From: the human T2T-CHM13v2.0 reference genome, Homo sapiens | Length of the DNA stretch: 64,000 bases | NCBI RefSeq assembly: GCF_009914755.1 | Contig: NC_060932.1 | Direction: 5' to 3' (one strand) | Shown: positions 58,186 to 64,000 of the stretch, one piece after another | Numbering within the stretch: position 1 is the first letter of the stretch | Layout of the letters: every line of letters begins with the position of its first letter | Notes under the pieces: generated by a model | The model's database searches: none | What the model was told of the DNA's origin: nothing | The model's input: only the letters and a program-made list of their open reading frames with translations | Position numbers and translations under genes: made by a program

Positions 58186-58989
58186 CTTAATGGCTTTTGA
58201 GGGTTTCAAGAATCACTTTGCACAGTGAGAAAGTTTTTGACCTTGGAGTGTGTAATAGCTAAGTAGGAGATATATTTTTAGGGCTGGTTATTATGGGATA
58301 TATTTTTTCTTCCTTTTAACTAATTTGTGTCTTTACATTTAAAGTGTGTTTCTTATAGGTAGCATGGAGTAGGATCTTGCTTTCTACATAGTTTGACAAT
58401 CTGTGTTTTAATTTAGGTTGTTAGGCCCGTTTCATTTATAATGTGATTATTGATATATTAATAGATAAGTTTATCTGTCATCATGCTGTTTGATTTTCAT
58501 TAGTCCCAGCTATTCTTTGTTCCCTTCTCTTTCTGGTTTCCTTTCAATTAGTTATGTAACTTTTATGGTTTAGTTTCATCTCTCATTTTTTGGCTTATTG
58601 GCTCTAATTTTTTTTTTTTTGCTATCTTCGTGGTTGCATTACAGTTTGTACTGTATGATTTTAACTTATCACAGTTCACTTTCAGACAATATTATATCAT
58701 ATCACATATGGCATAAGAAAATCAGAATTTCTATTCATTACTACTTTCATTTCCTCTCTCCCAGCCAGATTCTTCCTGGATTTGTGGAATTATAGTTTTC
58801 ATTAAGTTTAGAAAGTTTCTGTTCATTTTCTCTTTATGTTTTGTCATTGTCTCTTCCTCCCTCTTTGGGGACACGTATATTATTGCTTAAAGTTTTCGCA
58901 TAATTCTCTGATGTCTCGAATTTATGAATCTTCTCTTTCTTGGTATCTAGTCAGTATTTGCTTCCACCCAGTGTCGTTTTCAGTCATGA

Positions 58990-59157
<168 letters not shown>

Positions 59158-59587
59158 TGATGCCCAGCTAATTTCTTTGTATTTTTAGTAGAGATGGGGT
59201 TTCACTGTGTTGGCCAGGCTGGTCTTAAACTCCTGACCTCAAGTGATTCACCTGCCTCAGCCTCCCAAAATGCTGGGATTACGGGCATGAGCCACCATAT
59301 CTGGCCCAGTCCTGACATTTTAATTTGAATTCCTACTAGTGTAATTTTCTTTCAAAAAATATCTTCCATGCCTCTACTTGAGATTTATTTGGGGACACAG
59401 TTGACTTATAAACAACTTGATCTTTCTGGTCTTGCTTTATGATTTGGTCTAATTTTCCACTCCTGAATCAAGGTGTTTCTGATAACTCTATTCTTTGCCC
59501 TGTGAAGTCTTGAGTTTTTTCAGTATCATTCAGAGGAATGGACACTCTTCCTGGTAGGTTGTGAGCAACAGGCACTGTTTCTTACAA

Positions 59588-59965
59588 TTTTTTTTTTTTT
59601 TTTTGTGTTTAACTCATCTGCATGTATTTTCTTTTTTGCATTTTTTTTTTAATGTTTTTTTTTTTTTTATTATACTCTAAGTTTTAGGGTACATGTGCAC
59701 ATTGTGCAGGTTAGTTACATATGTATACATGTGCCATGCTGGTGCGCTGCACCCACTAACGTGTCATCTAGCATTAGGTATATCTCCCAATGCTATCCCT
59801 CCCCCCTCCCCCGACCCCACCACAGTCCCCAGAGTGTGATATTCCCCTTCCTGTGTCCATGTGATCTCATTGTTCAATTCCCACCTATGAGTGAGAATAT
59901 GCGGTGCTTGGTTTTTTGTTCTTGCGATAGTTTACTGAGAATGATGGTTTCCAATTTCATCCATG
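59588..59965 (-). mobile_element. 5'-truncated L1HS pre-Ta (ACG/G) with complex tail
   Basis: Minus strand gatgacACGttagtggg (59760-59762) and aaaacttaGagtataat (59677) diagnostics; absent from the paralogous site at ~44143-44155. Confidence 0.9.
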
Positions 59966-60768
59966 GATTTTTTCCCCCTGGTCTCAAGTAGTTTCTTAGG
60001 ACAAATGTACTGTTCATTATTCTGCTAAATAAATACCCAAGAGGGTGTTTTTGCAGATCTCCAGTGTTCTTTCCCTTTACTGCTGTCTCCTTTCAAGTAT
60101 TCTGTGATTTCTGTCTGCCTTGGTTTTTTGAGACTCTCGGCTTCATTGTTCAAACTCAGGGAATCTGGTGGGCTCTACCTCAGTTTTTGGTAGACTCTAA
60201 CTCAGTTTTTTTTTTCTTTCATTGTCATGGCCTGGAAACTTTGTCAAGTCAGGGAGCTAGGGTGTTTGTAAGGCTTATTTCACTTGTTTCCTATCTTACA
60301 AGGATCATTGTCTTCACTACCTGAAATCCTTGTTCTTGAAAATCGTGGTATTATGTATTTTGTCTTTTTTGTTTTTGTTTCAGGTGAGAAGGTAAGTCAG
60401 TATCTGCTGCTCCATCATGGCCAGAAGCAGACTGCAGCAGAGCTTCAGCACATGACATAAACTAGCTAGAATGTTTTTCTACCCCCTTTACTTAACAGCT
60501 TCCTTCTCACCCTTCATTTCTCAGTGTAGCCATCTCTTCCCCAGGGAAATCTTCCTGAGCCCAGTATAGATCAAATCCTGTGTGATCATAGAACTGTTTT
60601 CTTGCAGCATCTATCTGAAGTTGTAATTTCACTTCTTTGTATTTGTTCTTCACTACACTTACAGCTAAACAAGAGCAGAGTTACTGTTTGTTTTATCTGC
60701 AGAGCTCAGTAGACTGTGTTCCCCATGGTAGGAACTCAATGCATATTTGTTTTGTGTATGTGTGGATG

Positions 60769-60876
60769 AAAATAGCCACTATGAGCAACTTACAGTAGAA
60801 ATTGAACAAATGGACAATATGGTTTGTGTACTACAAAAGGAGCTGTCTGAGGCAAAAGGAACACAATTACAGTTAG
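60769..60876 (+). pseudogene. Duplicated fragment of the POTEA 44942 exon, lacking acceptor and donor
   Basis: [35 protein letters not shown]; upstream acceptor deleted; fused to an Alu. Confidence 0.88.
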
Positions 60877-62497
60877 AGACTGGGTTTCACCATGTTGGCC
60901 AGGCTGGTCTTCTCACCTCAAATCAACCACCCGCCTTGGCCTTCCAAAGTGCTGGGATTACAGGCATGAGTCACCGCGCCTAGCCAACCTGAGCTATTTG
61001 TATTGCTGGAAACAATAGGATAATTTGCTGAGGTTGGGGAGTTTCTCCCCTCCAGAGAGTCCTTAATCTTCCAAAATTTGGTTGAGATCCAAGGTTGATT
61101 TTGCTCTACGACTTTTTTTCTGAAGTTTTACTCATTTCCAATAAGAAGGCATGTTTTCCTGCTTCCATGATGATGGAGAACAGGCACATCCTTTCTTGAG
61201 TTTCAGCGTGCTTCTGACAGGGAGGGTGAGTGTGAGATTTTTCCTTCTTGTAAGATGGTAGAGAGCCATCATCAGCCTGAGCCATATTTCCAAGTAAGTA
61301 GCTGAATTAGAATTTTGTCTTAAAAATTTTCCTTAATGACTAAAAGTTAAGATTACCAATCAGCTGGTTTTTATTTCTGCTTACCGTTAGAACAGTCACT
61401 AATCATATGGATTGTGCATTTGTTTGTTTTGCTTAAATGTTCTTGTTTGTTTACATTTGGTGTTTTATTGTTGTTGTTTTACTTTTCTCTCATCAAGTAT
61501 GGTCGTCTCTTCCTGACTTGGTCAAATCCAAAGGAAAGTTCCAAATTGTGGGGAACAAGGCATCTGAATTGGCCAAATCTTTTGTAGCTGCAAAAAAAAA
61601 AAAAAAAAAAAAAAAAGTTCCAGTTAGCAAAAATGATGTTGTAAAACATTTTTTTTTTTTTAACCTAAGAGTTTTTGTCTACATAACAAGGCCATCTTTT
61701 GTTAGCCATGGGCAAACTGAAGGAGCAGTGGTGGCTACCCAATGCTAAGATTCTACCGTATTCACTACAGCAACTTGAGTTTTGTTCCTGTCTAGTGCTT
61801 TCTGGTTTGGTATTTGTGTTACTTTAAAAATAACAGCAGTTTGTCTGAGTTATGGTGTGTTAGTAAGAGATTCAAAAGTTTTTTCTAAGAGCTCCATGAT
61901 TAAAAGCTTAATTAAAAGCAACTTTGATATATATGTAAATTTATATTTATAATTACATATATGTCAGAAATATATAAATATATGACATATTTATATATAA
62001 ACATAAATGTACATATATATGTTAGAAATATGTTTACACATTATATTTTTAACCTATAATTTTTTTTGTGTTTGTGTGTGTCTAAAAGGCCTTTCTCTCT
62101 TCGGATCTTGTTTTTTGAGGAATATTTGTTTTTGTTCTCAGTCAACTGAATTCTGTCTCTTTATTTTACTTATGCCTGTCCCTGTTTTCTCTTGCCACCC
62201 TTGATGCCCACATAAAAGATGTAAAATAATTTCTGATAACTGGGGATTGCTTAAAACAGAAAGGGCATCAGACTTCTTTTTCTCCAAATCACTGAAATCA
62301 CAGATTTTGTTTATCAAATCCCAAGAGTTGTAAACAGACAAGTTTTTTTGCAGCTCTTAAACTGCTCACTTTTTAAATTGCATTACTGGATCTTAATGAC
62401 TTTTGAGGGTTTCAAAAATCACTTTGCATAATGAGAAGGTTTTTGACCTTGGTGTGTGTAATAGCTAGGTAGGAGATATATTTTTAGGGCTGGCTAT

Positions 62498-64000
62498 CAG
62501 AAGAGATATTTGTATGCCTTTGGCTGCCTGGAAGGTATGGAAACATCCCAATGCTCCACTGAATAGTGAGACTACCATGGGATATGAGCTGATTATTGAA
62601 TGGGCTAATTGGCTTTTCTTGGCTACCAACCTCAGGGGAAATGTAGTGAAATGCATGTTAAAAACATGGCATTGTCTCATCCCATAATGTTTTCCTCTTT
62701 TCAGGGCCTGAGGATTTTATGTAAAAATCAAATACTTGATTTTTGGATATCTGTTCTGCCTTACAGCTGTGCCTTCATGTTAGGCCCTAGAAGCTGCATG
62801 CTTCCTTGGCCCTGTTTCTTAAAAGGCTCCAGCCTAAAGCCAGTAAGCCAATTTTTAAAAATCTTCAAGGAAATCACATTTAAGTGTGTCTGCTTTCCTT
62901 GGCCATCTTAACTGAACTTTTACACCATTTTTTTTTTTTGGCTTTAGTAAAATATAAATCCTCCATCTTGTTTCACATGAGTCATCTCTTTAAAAATGCA
63001 AATTTAGAATTGCCTCACTAATAACTGTTTACAGTAGGGAACAAGTATTCAAAAGACGAATGTGCTAAAGTGGAGAGGAAAAACTGGCAAATGAAAAATC
63101 TTTTGAATCCCTAAGATCTACTTCTGTGTGCCTATATGTCTAAATATTTATATGAATTATGCATGTAATGTTTGAATACCAAAAATATGTGAAAAGGCTC
63201 TAATTGGCTTTTTAAAAAGTTCTTAAATATTGTATCAGAAATTAGAAATTAGAAACTTATTCCCAAATACTTTTTCAAGTTTTGGTTAAAAAGAAACTTC
63301 AAGATGTCTTCACAATAGTTAGCATACATTATTGTTTAGATGTATTGGTCCAGTGGTTTTTTTCCTTTTTTCTTTTTTTTATTTTCTGGTCAAGTGGTTT
63401 TATTTTATATCTTCTAGCTACTATAACATGTCAAAATTTGCCACAAAGTTACAAACTATAAACCCAGACCCAAACAATAATTTTTGTTCATGTAATTTTT
63501 GATAAATATTTAATATTGTTGATTTAATGAAAACAGCTCAATCCAGAGTTATCAGTAAAAAAAACTATTAATAATAAGTTAGGTAAATGTAATAGAATAA
63601 AAGCTTATAAATGAACTTGTCATATAAGTTAAATCTTAACATTATATTAAATCAAATAATAGATATTAGATGTCTGGATCATTATCAATTTTTAAACTAT
63701 ATTATTGGAAACATTTTCAAAATAATTATAAGATAGTCCTCATCTATAAAATGCTGATGTGACAATAAAGATTTCTTACTTCTTAGGTTTTCACAAAAAA
63801 TTTATTACCAAAAATCAAAATTTTAGTTAATATGTGATTTTACATATAAAGTGTGCCAAAATAAGTTTTATTCTGATGAAAAAAGAAAAATTGTGAGAAA
63901 TAAAAATGAAATAAAGAAATGATAAGAAACAGAATGAAAATAATTGTTGTCCAATTCAAAGATTATTGAAGGATTCCTTATGAAACAATGTAAAGGGAAC
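62498..64000. mobile_element. Continuation of AT-rich ERV1-like internal sequence
   Basis: Continues directly from B'; no ORFs; family tentative. Confidence 0.45.

Noticed and set aside
60747-60983. 78-aa POTE-Alu chimeric ORF as a new gene
   Set aside because: Non-ATG start, splice acceptor deleted; a by-product of the rearrangement junction.

Overview
Human genomic DNA, repeat-dense. It carries the 3' half of a POTE-family gene on the + strand. The spliced exons 4053-4123, 5516-5560, 6620-6786, 30065-30095, 30373-30514 and 44942-45078 translate to a peptide (EQDLKLTSEEEPQRLKGSENSQHE...QMENMVHVLQK*) that I recognise from memory as the C-terminus of POTEA (8p11, ANKRD26-derived). Two further in-frame coiled-coil exons (49232-49355, 51140-51508) and two decayed ANKRD26/CCDC144-type pseudo-exons are also present. 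The introns hold four antisense L1PA elements, three near full-length and one cut by the window edge, plus nested L1/Alu insertions, THE1/MST, L2, MIR and DNA-transposon relics. The 3' end has an old sense L1 with fold-back inversions including a MIR3118-like hairpin, ERV1-type internal sequence, a rearranged local tandem duplication and a pre-Ta L1HS with an apparent 3' transduction. Nearly all ORFs in the supplied track are L1/Alu-derived or spurious. The best candidate for an undescribed system is the first intronic L1. It lacks both the ZNF93 site and the YY1 site and keeps an intact ORF0, whose first splice donor is in phase with the next POTEA exon. This predicts an L1 antisense-promoter-driven ORF0-POTEA fusion protein. 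It is an inference from sequence; no expression evidence is available here.
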